A stretch of 64,000 nucleotides of DNA from an uncultured delta proteobacterium. GTDB lineage: Bacteria > Desulfobacterota > Syntrophobacteria > Syntrophobacterales > Syntrophobacteraceae. Positions 20,463-30,749 of this stretch are shown here, in pieces. Numbering within the stretch: the stretch's first letter is position 1; each line of letters opens with the position of its first letter. A program made the translations under genes and the position numbers. The notes under the pieces were generated by a model. That model was not told the DNA's origin. It made no database searches and worked only from the letters and a program-made list of their open reading frames with translations. Location: NCBI GenBank assembly GCA_963808625.1, contig CAWEHK010000002.1, positions 1 to 64,000 on the forward strand, written 5' to 3'.

Positions 20463-21134
20463 TTACAACCTGGGTATTTTCATGTTCTTCGCCAGGCCAT
20501 CAGACGATATATCGTAGTCCTCCCATCGCCCCGCATCGAAGCTGGCAGGATACCCCGCGTTGAATTTGGCGGAGCGGTAGAAGTCGAAACCATTTCTTTG
20601 AGCCGAGAACTGGTTTTCCACAGCACGGCAATAGGCGGATCGTGCCTGCTCCCGAGCCGAGACTTTTTCCCCGCACTCATCGCCATGCCAGTCAAGCAAT
20701 TTGTCTTTCGCCTGACCCACGGCGGCACGGAGCTCCTGCAGCTTCTCAGACTCACGTTTCGGCCATTCCCCCACAATTCGGATCTGCTGTTCCATGCGCC
20801 CGAGTTTGACCCTTGTGTCCATGATCGCCTTATCCAGTTTCGCTACAGCATCCTGGTTGTTGGCATAGACATGGTCATTCCACTCCGCCTGCAAGGTTTC
20901 CAGTTCCTTTAAGAAGACGGCCTTTTCCTTTTCAAGATCATTGATCCGGACCATGAAGCCGGTCTCGAAGGTTCTCAATTCGTGCTTGGCCGATTCCCAC
21001 GCAGCCTGACGGGCGCCCCGTACCGCCTCCCATAGCTGGCGAGCTTCGGTAACCGCAGAGTCTCGCTGTTCGTCAATGGTTGAGAGCTTGGCAAGAACAC
21101 CATCCAGGCTTTCAAAGAGTTTCTGTTCGCTCAT
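20463..21134 (-). CDS. Coiled-coil hypothetical protein
   Basis: Heptad-rich E/K/R/A/L sequence from MSEQKLF. Confidence 0.6.
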   Translation of the reverse strand: MSEQKLFESLDGVLAKLSTIDEQRDSAVTEARQLWEAVRGARQAAWESAKHELRTFETGFMVRINDLEKEKAVFLKELETLQAEWNDHVYANNQDAVAKLDKAIMDTRVKLGRMEQQIRIVGEWPKRESEKLQELRAAVGQAKDKLLDWHGDECGEKVSAREQARSAYCRAVENQFSAQRNGFDFYRSAKFNAGYPASFDAGRWEDYDISSDGLAKNMKIPRL

Positions 21135-22205
21135 GACTTCAGTCCTTTCTGCTGACGCCATACGAGCTCTTTGCGAAACCGGTGGTGCTCGTTCCAGCGG
21201 TGCTTTGTGACTGCCTCTTTGAAAGCGGATTCGGCATTTCTGACCATGACATCACCCATGCTCCCATTATAGTCCGCAATCTTGCCCTGCCTTCCGCCTC
21301 CGAGTTGCTTCTCGTAAAAATTCTCGAGCTTCGGGTGCTGGCTCGGGAACGAACCAATCGGTCCTTGGTGTTGGTTTCGTTGGATCGAGATCCTGGGTAT
21401 TCCTCGTCTTCCATGATTATTCTCCTTCCTGCGAAAATGCGCCGGGAAACGCGCCTCGATGGCGTGCCGCAGATCAGCGCCAAAGCGGAGGAGCCGGTGA
21501 AAATTGCGTTTAAGTGGGCGTGATTGTACGCCGATCTCCTCCGCAAACGATCCTGTTGCCGCCTGCATCTTGTGATGATGTCTTTGCAGTTCTTCGTTGA
21601 CCACTGATTTTTGTTCCATCGTTTTTTGCTCCTTCTTGGTTTGATAATAGGTTAACTTGATGCGTGCCACAACAATGGATCTTGGTGCCGCTCTCGTTGC
21701 CATATTGCATCGCTTTCCCGAATCGCATTGGCCTCATGCCGCTCACCCATCTTGGCGGCTCAGGAATGTAAATCACAGGCGGCGGGTCGAAAACCGAAAA
21801 GCTTCCATCCGCATTAAGCCGGTATCGTGGCGCCGGTGGGAATGGCGCCGGTGGCCCTGGCTCTGACTTGTCGACCACTGAGTCCGACAAGATGGCCTCT
21901 TCCGCCTCAACCAATGCAGCCCCCGGCGCCGGTTCATCCTGAGCAACCAGCGAAAGCCATGAGAGCGGCACAAGCGGTTCCGGTGCGACCTCTGGTGTAT
22001 TCGGTGCTGCGTCTGGTTGAGTTATGGTCAAGACCGGCAAATTTGCCGGTCTATCTTTTCTGACACCCGGCGGGATCTCCACACCCATTTCCGGGATAAG
22101 GTCCAACATCGAAATAGGTTTTTCTGCCTGCTCCATGCGAGGGCGTCGCGGTCGCTTCTTTTGGAGCGGAACACGCCCGAAGGTTCTTAATCCATCAAGT
22201 CTCAT
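21131..22205 (-). CDS. Two to three hypothetical genes including a Pro-rich protein; boundaries blurred by indels
   Basis: Overlapping ORFs 21510..22268, 21131..21703 and 21139..21546; RBS-backed ATGs near 22205, 21619 and 21414. Confidence 0.35.
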
Positions 22206-22564
22206 GACCACCTCCGGCCGCCCGTTCAAGCGCCTCGATTCGACTTTCCAAATCTTGCAACTCGACAATCCGCACGCTGGTTTCCAAAATGCACTTGGCC
22301 GCGCTCACCTTCGCCGTTGCCGGCGCGTCTGGATCGTCAAGAACCTGCTCAAGTGCCGCTACCGCTTTCCCGCACACTCGCTGAACCTGCGCGAGGGCGA
22401 TCTCAACTACCTGGCGCCGCGCATCACTGTAGGCAGCCCGGAAGTCTTCGTCGTTCCCCAGCCATCTCCAGAGTGTGGCATCGCTAACGCCAGTGATCTT
22501 TGCGGCTTCTTCAACGGTCTTGGAACCAAGTAAGGCCGCTATGGCCCTGTCTTCCGGTCTTCAC
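22195..22564 (-). CDS. HTH protein, small-terminase-like (start frameshifted)
   Basis: Manual translation: RPEDRAIAALLGSKTVEEAAKITGVSDATLWRWLGNDEDFRAAYSDARR...KVSAAKCILE...DLESRIEALE; N-terminal HTH plus helical oligomerisation region. Confidence 0.6.
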
Positions 22565-23067
22565 TATTTCACCTCACTTTCTGAGACGCTATGCGTTGAA
22601 ACGTTACTCCCGGCCGTTTTTCCGCCTGCTATGAGCTGGTGACGCTTTTCAAGTTCCCTGGCATACTTCAGGAGCAGGCTTTCAGTCACCCGCGCGCCAT
22701 AGTTCCTATTCTCCGCAAAGAAGATGGGAAGCCCATATCGGATGCTGAACGTCAGTAAGCTTTGAATCATCGCCTTCGGGTGCGCCTGGGACTTGTAACG
22801 GCCATTTGCCAGGTCACTCAGGCTCGCCTCGATCACCAAGGCGAAGTAATCCAGGGACCTCCCCCGGTACAGCTCGCGCTCGAAGCGGTCCCGTTCGGTC
22901 GTCAGGCACTGAACCAAGTCGTCAACCGTCTTGCGCTCGACCGCCACCAGGCTTTCACCACCCACAAGCGAATAGTCGCCCACGTCCAGCTTGCCGGGCT
23001 CGGCGTCGGTCTCGAACTGGTAGGGGAGCTGCTCGCGGGTGTCGATCAGTATTTTCATTTCATCCAA
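22564..23067 (-). CDS. ERCC4 (XPF/Mus81-type) nuclease domain protein
   Basis: 'ILIDTREQ', 'GDYSL', 'VAVERKT..DL' (GDxnERK signature). Confidence 0.85.
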   Translation of the reverse strand: MDEMKILIDTREQLPYQFETDAEPGKLDVGDYSLVGGESLVAVERKTVDDLVQCLTTERDRFERELYRGRSLDYFALVIEASLSDLANGRYKSQAHPKAMIQSLLTFSIRYGLPIFFAENRNYGARVTESLLLKYARELEKRHQLIAGGKTAGSNVSTHSVSESEVK

Positions 23068-23161
23068 CCACCTGATTTACTGTCAGTTGCCATGCCTGAA
23101 AAACCTTGCCCTGTGTGCCTTCGTGCTTACCTTGTGACATGATGTGTCATTCAACCGCCTT

Positions 23162-24040
23162 TCAAGCGTTCGGCTGCTGTTGCCAATACCTACCAGCAAT
23201 CTCTTGAAATGACTCTCGCTCGGCTGTTTCAATCGCAAGCACTCGTTCACGTTCTTCCTGTGGTAAGTGCTTTTCGATCACCCAACGGCACAGATCGCGC
23301 AAACGATCCGGGAGAATGGCGTCAACCTCCACACTCTCTCCATGGAAATTATGAGCCCTACTGTCTGTTTGCTTAGTCGGTCTGGTCGGCAGGTCCCACT
23401 CGTCAACCTGTTCTGAATTGACAGCCACACGCTCAAAATAAATCTCTGCTCGATTGGCAAACTCCCGGATACCCCGCTCGACCACTCTCGAAATGTCCAC
23501 GCCGCTTGGGTCCAAGTCGCCAAAGTAATAGAGATATGTGGGATCTTGCCGGCCTCGAATCTGTTGCCCGGAACTATGCAAGAAAGACAAGCTCGGGTAT
23601 CCCCGGGTCACATATAGAGGGACATCCCATTCATGCGTTACGTCAAAGAGCACTCCTGCCAGTGCCTCTTTTTCAAGCCATATTTCAACGTAAGCAGGCA
23701 CTTCGGACCACAGTGACCGTCGGTAATGTCTTGCCCCCCACTCTAAAGCGTCATGCACAGAATTGTGAGTTCTTGCCTGTCTCACCCATCGCGTATTGTC
23801 TGCAATCCATCGGAAAGGCAACTGGCCTTCCCGCCGCATATCACCAAGGAGGCGCACCACTGTTGTTTTATACTCGGCCTCTGTCTTGTTTATGGCTCCC
23901 ATAGTGACGAGGCGATAGAAGACCTGGCGGACGGTCATCGGTTCGTCTTGTTCCACCACGGAGTAAATGATTGACCGAAGCTCTGACATATCCGATTTCG
24001 TTCGGCGCTGTTTTATCGGTCTAGACTCATTAATTCTCAT
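23162..24040 (-). CDS. wHTH + Toprim protein (Topo VI-A/JetD-like Toprim)
   Basis: 'MTVRQVFYRLV', 'VEIWLEKEAL', 'YFGDLDPSG', 'VEVDAI'. Confidence 0.75.
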   Translation of the reverse strand: MRINESRPIKQRRTKSDMSELRSIIYSVVEQDEPMTVRQVFYRLVTMGAINKTEAEYKTTVVRLLGDMRREGQLPFRWIADNTRWVRQARTHNSVHDALEWGARHYRRSLWSEVPAYVEIWLEKEALAGVLFDVTHEWDVPLYVTRGYPSLSFLHSSGQQIRGRQDPTYLYYFGDLDPSGVDISRVVERGIREFANRAEIYFERVAVNSEQVDEWDLPTRPTKQTDSRAHNFHGESVEVDAILPDRLRDLCRWVIEKHLPQEERERVLAIETAERESFQEIAGRYWQQQPNA

Positions 24041-24051
24041 GTTGCGACCTT

Positions 24052-26996
24052 TTAGTTCACGACTCGCTCGAAGCCCGAACAGTCGCCGCCGTCGGTCGGT
24101 AGCTTGGCAAAGCGTCCGTCGTGGGGTGTCTCACACGTGCCGGGTCCGTTTCGAGGGTCAAGAGCATTCGGGTTAAAATTGGTGCATGACTCGCAGGTAA
24201 GGTTAGTTTGGCGAGTTTCGAGGGTGTTTTCACCCTGCTCTATAAAAGTGTCACTCTGCCAATTTTCACGCGTAGGCCGAAATGAGCCTTGAAACTCGCC
24301 AAACTCACCGGATTGCACTATCCACAAAACCGCGCTCTTGTAGGTTCCGCATCTACTAAAACGGCTTCCATCAACAATCCGGCTTTCGTGCCGCGCAATC
24401 CAGTTTCCCAAACGCCGGGGGGGAATCTTCCTTTTTCGCCTGCAACCTCATTCAAAATGTCAAAAAATGCTAAATCCGGCTTCTCCCTATCCGTTGCCCG
24501 CCGAATGGCGTCTGCTACCGTTCCGCCGCGCTCGCCAAAAACACGTTTCCACTCATTTTGCAGTGCTTTTAAGCGGTTTGTTTCGGGGTCAACTGCAAAA
24601 CTTAAATCAATTGAAGTCGCCGGGTCCGCAACTTCAAGCCACCTGTTCTTTCCTACCCAAAGCACAGCGTTTCTTATGAAGTCACTCCAAACCTCAAAGC
24701 TCGCCAGTCTCCCGCCGTCATGCTTAAAGCCGCTCGCCAGCGCCGCCTTGAGAATAACAAGTCCCGCACGCACCATTGAAAGCCGATGTTCATGCACATA
24801 CGCCAGCGGGTCGAGATCAAAGCGCCGGTCAAACGGTTTCTCACATGCCGGGTCTATGGTTACGCGAAGCAAGCGCCTATTCAAGTCGCCAATGATTGTT
24901 GGATTGTTCCCGGTGATGATCACCGCGGACACGGGTCGCCCGGCAATTTGGAGGTTAGAGCCAAGCAAGCGGCCTGCATAATACGGTGTGCTCAAGTATG
25001 CGCAAAGGCTTTCTGACTCAAGCGGTCGTGCCAGGTTGTCGAGGATTATGCAGCGGGAGAAGTAACGAAGTTCTGTCAGCAGACGTTTTTCAAGCTCCTC
25101 CTCGTCACGTCCTGCAGAAGACACGCCCACAATCACGCCGGCAAGTGCAGCCACGCAAAGCGCGAGAAGGGTCTTTCCCGAGCCGGCCACGGGTGCGGAA
25201 ATGAGGTAACCGGGTGCGGTCGGTAAGAGCGGTCGCACAAGCGCCGTCAGCAGAAGTGCCAAGAAGCCGCCGCGGTCAACGGGTGAGACAAAGGGAAACC
25301 TTTCAAACGCTCGCCATAGAAACGCCAAAGCAGTCTTGACGGTTTGAGGGTCCGGGTGTTCCGGTATGGTCGGCCATGACTCGTTCTTCGGAAAATGTAG
25401 GTAAAGGCCGCAGTGAACGTCGAAACCGTCTTCTTGAATTAACCGGCCTTCCGGTGTCATGCTTGGTGCGGTCAGGACACCTTCAAGCGTCGGTAGACTC
25501 CATTGTCCAGTCATAGCGCATAAGGTCCGCGCCAGGGTCAACGGACAATCTATGATTTTCCATTCCTCAGAGCGCTTGTCCCATTTTTGAAATTGCAGCA
25601 GGCCGGTTAGGTACCATGCCAACCATTCGGGGCTTACGGGAAAGGCCTTGCCGTCGCATAGTCTCACGAGCTCGCCTTCTCGTGCATAGACGGTGCCGTC
25701 CAGGCTCATGAGTTCAAGGCATTTCGCGGTAAGTTCCTGCAATTCGCCGCCTTGAATCTGCACGACTTGCACAGCGCGGTGGAGGGTAAAGCGGGTTCCC
25801 CAATGGGCGTGGGAATAAAGATAAGGCCTGCCAGCGGTGCGTAGATTTACCCAGGCAATGCGATGATCGCCGCCGGAGTATTCCGGTTCAAGTGGGTCAG
25901 CGAACCGCGCACCATGGAACTTGTCCGGGTTGTTGAGAACCTGTCCGACCGTTACGGTTCCGTATTTTTCACTCAGGAGCGGAAAGTCGCTGTAAAGCCG
26001 CTTCTGTGTAACGGCTCTTTCCAGTAGGTCGCGCAGTTCGGCTTCTTTTCCTTTGGACTTGCTACCTGATTTACCCTTCAGTTCCGCTAATCGTTCGTTC
26101 ACCCATCTTTTTTGTTGCTCGCGGGCTTCAGGTTCTTTCGCCTTCCGAGCCTCATCAAGCAATAGGTCAAGCTGCGACTGTTCTTCGGGTGACAGGCCCG
26201 CCAACTGCCGAGAGTCGATAAAAGGCGCCTCCGGGTTGAACAGCTTCGGAATACCTCGCCGCTGTTCCAGTCCCGGTCCGCAAACCGCTCCCGCAGCAAA
26301 GTCAAACCGCTCCGGTTGCCAGACACAACCGTCAAGCAACGTGCGCTTTAACAGCCTGCCGCTCGTCGACACGTCATAGCGACCATGCCCTAGCAACCAC
26401 AAACGACAAAACAGAACAGCGCCCGCCCTCGGTATGTCCGAAGCGTCACGAATCGGTATGTAAAGTCGTTGCCCCGACAAACCACGCAGTTCTGCGCCGG
26501 TGTCCGTCCGGTGAATGCAACTTGAAGCAGTAGGCACCCAAATGTGCGGTGCATCCTCAAGGCCAGGCCAAGTGGTATATAGCGCCGTGCGTAATTGCTC
26601 CTGGCTTAACGGTTTCTTCCCTGGTTGTGGATCATAGTCCACCATGAAGGCGCCGGCTCCGGTCGGCCATGAGAAGTGCTCACGATCTCGCGCGACAACT
26701 GGAAGTTTGCCTTTTGCCTGTTTCGGGAGGTTTTCTTGAGTAACAACTCTCGCCCGTTCATGCTCAGGTACCCCAAAGGTAAGCGCCTGGTTGGGCTTCA
26801 ACGCTGGCACCAATTCGCGGAATTGCGACAGTGAGAGGGTTAGCCTTTCAGCTATGCCGTCCACAAGCTGTCCGCCGTTTTGCTTACGCAAGGTGCCGTC
26901 GTCGGCCAACGTGAATTGCTTTGATACACACGCAGGCTTAGAAGCTGTCATGAGGGTGAAGGTTATTTCCTGCTTGACTTCGTTCGCGGGTTTCAT
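24052..26996 (-). CDS. Primase-helicase-like replication protein (frameshift near 24420)
   Basis: N-terminal 'FMVDYD' DxD (AEP-like), Walker A 'APVAGSGKT', Walker B 'IILDN', 'ITGNN..I.GDLNRR'; C-terminus continues in ORF 24052..24411 'LGNWIARHESRIVDG' with a Cys cluster. Confidence 0.75.
24201..24309. repeat. Inverted repeat, putative replication origin
   Basis: GGTTAGTTTGGCGAGTTTC (24201-24219) and GAAACTCGCCAAACTCACC (24291-24309) are 18/19 reverse-complementary; internal palindrome AGGGTG-TTTT-CACCCT. Confidence 0.65.
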
Positions 26997-27027
26997 TTTA
27001 ATGAAAGTACCTTTTGTAAGTTGGTTT

Positions 27028-27402
27028 TCACCCTTGAGAGCCCGTGTTGCAAGCGCGGGCTCTCCCATTCTTGAGGTCATCCCGAAACCCATTTGCCCAA
27101 CAAAGGACCTCGTGAGCGTCCTGGTGGCCGCCGTGCCGGTCCGGGTGAGCGAGTTTGACGAGGAGCGGGAAGATCCGTAGGAACTCGGTGCCGTGGCCCC
27201 GGTCCGTCAACATTGGTTGGTGCTCCACCTGACGAAGCCGGTCAGACAGCACTTGGTTTTGCCATTCGAGATATTCAATGCGATCCTGCATGTCCTCAAC
27301 TTCGGCTTTCTTGGTGGCTTTCCAGCAGTCCACACACAAAGTCTTCCAACGCTCCGTTCCCCTTCGAGTGAACCACTCGCCGCATTCTTGGCAGTAGGCC
27401 AT
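27028..27402 (-). CDS. Zn-ribbon + coiled coil + J-domain-like (HPD) protein
   Basis: 'YCQECG...LCVDCW' and 'LVKLAHPDRHGG'. Confidence 0.65.
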   Translation of the reverse strand: MAYCQECGEWFTRRGTERWKTLCVDCWKATKKAEVEDMQDRIEYLEWQNQVLSDRLRQVEHQPMLTDRGHGTEFLRIFPLLVKLAHPDRHGGHQDAHEVLCWANGFRDDLKNGRARACNTGSQG

Positions 27403-27510
27403 GCTAAATCCCCTCATCCAGTGGGTTACAAGCACCTGATTGAGACTCAGATTCAGCCTTGCAAGTCATTGAAAATTCATGCCATTTTTAAGATGCTGTG
27501 CCAGCATGTG

Positions 27511-27729
27511 TCATCGCCGGTGACTCCTTACGAACTCGATCACGTCCGAGCGCAGGAATCTGACAAGGGTCTTGTGACGTTTGCCCTCTGAGCCATTGCA
27601 CGGCAACCGGATGCAGGACAGAACACCCGAGTCTGCCAGCTTGTAGGCAAAGGCCAGCGAGCAGCGCAGAGTCCGCGCCAACTCTTTCGGCGTCATAAGC
27701 TCAAGGTCAGGAGTGGCGTTTCCTATCAT
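27511..27729 (-). CDS. Excisionase/AlpA-like HTH protein
   Basis: 'LMTPKELARTLRCSLAFAYKL...VRFLRSDVIEF'. Confidence 0.75.
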   Translation of the reverse strand: MIGNATPDLELMTPKELARTLRCSLAFAYKLADSGVLSCIRLPCNGSEGKRHKTLVRFLRSDVIEFVRSHRR

Positions 27730-27736
27730 CTGAAAA

Positions 27737-27931
27737 TCAGACTTCCTGGACCGGGAGTTGGTCTTTGGGAACCCCTAAAGCTCGCGCCCACTTGGCGCCC
27801 GCCTCTGGTGTGAGATACCGGCGCCCGCGCAGCACTCGAGATACGACCGATTCGTCGACGCCAATCTTTACGGCAAAATCCGCCTGGGTTCCGTACCGCT
27901 CGACGATCTTCGCTTTGAGCTTGTTGTCCAT
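27737..27931 (-). CDS. Cro/XRE-like HTH protein
   Basis: 'GTQADFAVKIGVDESVVSRVLRG'. Confidence 0.78.
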   Translation of the reverse strand: MDNKLKAKIVERYGTQADFAVKIGVDESVVSRVLRGRRYLTPEAGAKWARALGVPKDQLPVQEV

Positions 27932-27977
27932 ACAGTCACCTCGTTCTATAGAATATAGATTAAGAGGTTAAAAAAAA

Positions 27978-28463
27978 TTACACGACCTGACTGACTACCT
28001 GCTCGACGATAGCGGTTAAATTAACAACCGTCAGCAGTCTCAGACTACCTATTTTTGAATAGACACTGTTCCACTCCACCCTATTGGCCGCATTAAAACC
28101 ATGGATGGAGCCGTCTGCCTCCTGAAAAAAGAACATCATGTAGGGGTCATGTTTCATTGTTCCGCCCAGCAGAGTCGGAATCGGAGTAAGCAATTGGCTT
28201 ATCGCAGCTTCAAGCATGAGAGAACCGGATGATGGGGCTTCAGGAAATACGATTGCTGAGGCTTGAAATCGCGAGATCCCAGCCTTCGCCAATTCATTGA
28301 AAAGAGCAATCTTGATAATGTCCTCGAGGCCGTATTCTGTTTTGCTACCATGCCCCCTGCCCTGCCTGGCAGGGACGATTAGTTTACGATCCACCCATTG
28401 CGTGAGCAACTTCTGAGAGATTCCCAACGCTTTCGTTACTACTGCACCTGTGTATGGTCCCAT
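27978..28463 (-). CDS. MerR-type HTH regulator
   Basis: 'VTKALGISQKLLTQWVDRKLIVP...YGLEDI'. Confidence 0.7.
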   Translation of the reverse strand: MGPYTGAVVTKALGISQKLLTQWVDRKLIVPARQGRGHGSKTEYGLEDIIKIALFNELAKAGISRFQASAIVFPEAPSSGSLMLEAAISQLLTPIPTLLGGTMKHDPYMMFFFQEADGSIHGFNAANRVEWNSVYSKIGSLRLLTVVNLTAIVEQVVSQVV

Positions 28464-28742
28464 AATTTTGTCTCCGCATAAACTTCATACTATGGTACGT
28501 AGTTAAAAGTCAACAAGAATTTTGATGCAGTACCAAAAGAAAAGCAGGGCCATGGTCCGACCCTGCTCGTTGTCCTTTCAGATTGTTTTTCCGGGAGTTC
28601 TCAGGCAGTCAACAGTCTGTGACAAATTGTGACAACCACTATTGTTTCTGCTTTTTTCGTTTCCATAGTTTCTACCGACAAACCAAAAAAATATCAATAG
28701 GTTAAGTGTCTATGCGCTTTTACGGGAACCGGCCTCCTCCGT

Positions 28743-28787
28743 TTCGTAATCAGCAGGTCGCGGGTTCGAGTCCCATCGCCGGCTCCA
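28743..28787 (+). repeat. att repeat 2 (tRNA-Thr 3' half)
   Basis: 44/45 identity to 17430-17474; 5' half of the tRNA absent. Confidence 0.93.
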
Positions 28788-29178
28788 GTTTTTCAAATAC
28801 TTACGTGTGTCCGGAAGCGCTGATTTTCCGCTTATGAGTAATTTTATGAGTAAAGTATCATTAATTGTTTGTATTCCCAGATAGTTATAGTTTCCCAAGT
28901 TCTATTTATCTTTTGAGCCCCATGACATCTGCCGCTGTTCAGCGGAATAATGAATATTTTTAGGTGCTCCCGGAATCTTCCTCGACATACCAAATGTCAA
29001 AACCGCTCTCTTGGCGACTCTAACCAAAAGATGTTCATTGACAATTGCGATTTCCTGTGCTTAGCCTTCGACCTACCTGGCTCGAATCACGCAATCAGGA
29101 TGAAAGCAAGAATAGTCTTCGGTTGGGCTGGCCATAAATCGGACTGACCTTTATTGCCGCCGTAGGACGGACATAGTC

Positions 29179-29406
29179 ATGACCGAATGCACCATACCTT
29201 CTCCTGATACTGTGCTTGGCACGGGCGACCCTGGCGACGAAACAGCGCGTCGTTACCGCTACCAATGGACTTATGCCGCCATCGTTTGCTGCATACTTTT
29301 GGACGACACGGAGGATGCGGAAGAAGTGTTCTGTGAGCACCATGAAGATGTTGTCAGCGCTACAGTTCCTTCTGATCGACTCGGATATAGTCCGGCCGAC
29401 AGCTGA
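29179..29406 (+). pseudogene. Truncated DUF4297/Cap4-like dsDNA nuclease N-terminus
   Basis: 'DPGDETARRYRYQ...EEVFCEHHEDV' resembles the DUF4297 start; the sequence breaks off before the expected QxK motif. Confidence 0.6.
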
Positions 29407-29597
29407 GCTACCCGGATTTCTGGAAAGCCGGATGGCTGGCGAGCCTAATGCCCCGAGCTTGATTCCGTACTATTCAGGACCATAAGTAGGAAAAAGCGTT
29501 CGCTCCCTTTTTCCCGGTGTGATGATTCGATGGACGGATTGCAAAAAACAGTATATACGCTTGAATTGAATGCTATTATGAGCTTGTGAGGTGCATA

Positions 29598-30749
29598 ATG
29601 TCCTATACCATTCGACAGATCCGAGAAAACTTGATCGGTTACCAGTTGGCTTCCGCAGCACGGTATGCTGGCATTTCTGTCGAGAGACTTAATGAAATCG
29701 AGAATGGCGTGGAGCCCAGCTTTTACGAGATCGAGGAGTTGGCGCGCATCTATGGTATCGATTCAGAGACATTGGATCAAGCTCAAATCGATCTCAAGAT
29801 GGGCGATAGTGTCCGAGTTCTAGCGAGCCAGGAGGAATTTAGAGACCTAGACGATGCGATTCGCTTGAGAGTTGTGCAGGCTGCTAACGCCGCAAAAGAT
29901 CTTGCAACGCTTAGAGCGATTACCGGTGCTCAAGCTTCTGGCTTTGCCACCAAATCCGAGTTTCCAACCGCTGCAAGGCCTTCCGAACCATGGGCTCAGG
30001 GAAAAGAGATCGCCAAAGTATTGCGGACAAAGCTCGCTATCGGGACCAGTGAAATCGCTTCAATGCGAGATTTCGTCATCAATTGTCTCCCGGAGATATC
30101 CCTTCTTTATGCGCGTTTAGGGCGAGAAGGCCCAGCAGGGATCACTTTTGCCGACGAACTGCGGGGCCAGTGTATCGTCATCAATTTGGACGGAAAGAAT
30201 ACAAATCCTTGTGTCAGACGATTTAGCATTGCCCATGAATTGTGCCATATTCTGTACGATTGGCAACGAACAGAGCCTTTGGCGGTTGTTTCTGGCTATC
30301 TAGGAGAATTGGGGCGTGAGCGAGAACAGAGAGCCAATTCTTTTGCTGTCCGGTTTCTGTGTCCCGAATCAAACCTTACGTCCTCTCAAGATCCGTTAAA
30401 TCTCGCAAGGAACCTGACCGAACAGTTCGGCATTCATTATGGGGCTGCTCGTTTGTATATTTTCAATGTTTTGCAGCAAGAACTGCCAATTCAACCTCCT
30501 CCGAATCTCAGGGATTTCGGCGTTCATCCTCGCTGGACAGCTGCGGAAGAACCAATTGGCATTGAGGGGTTTCCTCTTCAGTCCGTACCTCCGGAACGAC
30601 GCACTTCCACTGCAGAACTTGCCGGTAGTCTGTACTCTCGAGGACAAATCGGTAGAGACCGATTTGCAGGTTTGCTTGGGGTCACTCCTGCGGAGGAAGT
30701 CGAGGTTGTTCTTGATTATTTCGGGCTTGATCTGCCTGATGCCGCCTAA
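29598..30749 (+). CDS. XRE-HTH + ImmA/IrrE Zn-metallopeptidase
   Basis: N-terminal HTH 'AARYAGISVERLNEIENG'; 'RRFSIAHELCH' HExxH; 'EQRANSFA..FL.P'. Confidence 0.9.
   Translation: MSYTIRQIRENLIGYQLASAARYAGISVERLNEIENGVEPSFYEIEELARIYGIDSETLDQAQIDLKMGDSVRVLASQEEFRDLDDAIRLRVVQAANAAKDLATLRAITGAQASGFATKSEFPTAARPSEPWAQGKEIAKVLRTKLAIGTSEIASMRDFVINCLPEISLLYARLGREGPAGITFADELRGQCIVINLDGKNTNPCVRRFSIAHELCHILYDWQRTEPLAVVSGYLGELGREREQRANSFAVRFLCPESNLTSSQDPLNLARNLTEQFGIHYGAARLYIFNVLQQELPIQPPPNLRDFGVHPRWTAAEEPIGIEGFPLQSVPPERRTSTAELAGSLYSRGQIGRDRFAGLLGVTPAEEVEVVLDYFGLDLPDAA

Larger units (their letters stand above)
17430..28787. mobile_element. ~11.3 kb integrated phage-satellite-like island
   Basis: 45-bp direct repeat of the tRNA 3' half (17430-17474 and 28743-28787, one mismatch); integrase, xis/Cro/MerR HTHs and primase-helicase; all genes on the minus strand. 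Confidence 0.9.

Noticed and set aside
28743..28787. Second tRNA-Thr gene
   Set aside because: Only the 3' half is present; att repeat. The same applies to 31454-31498.
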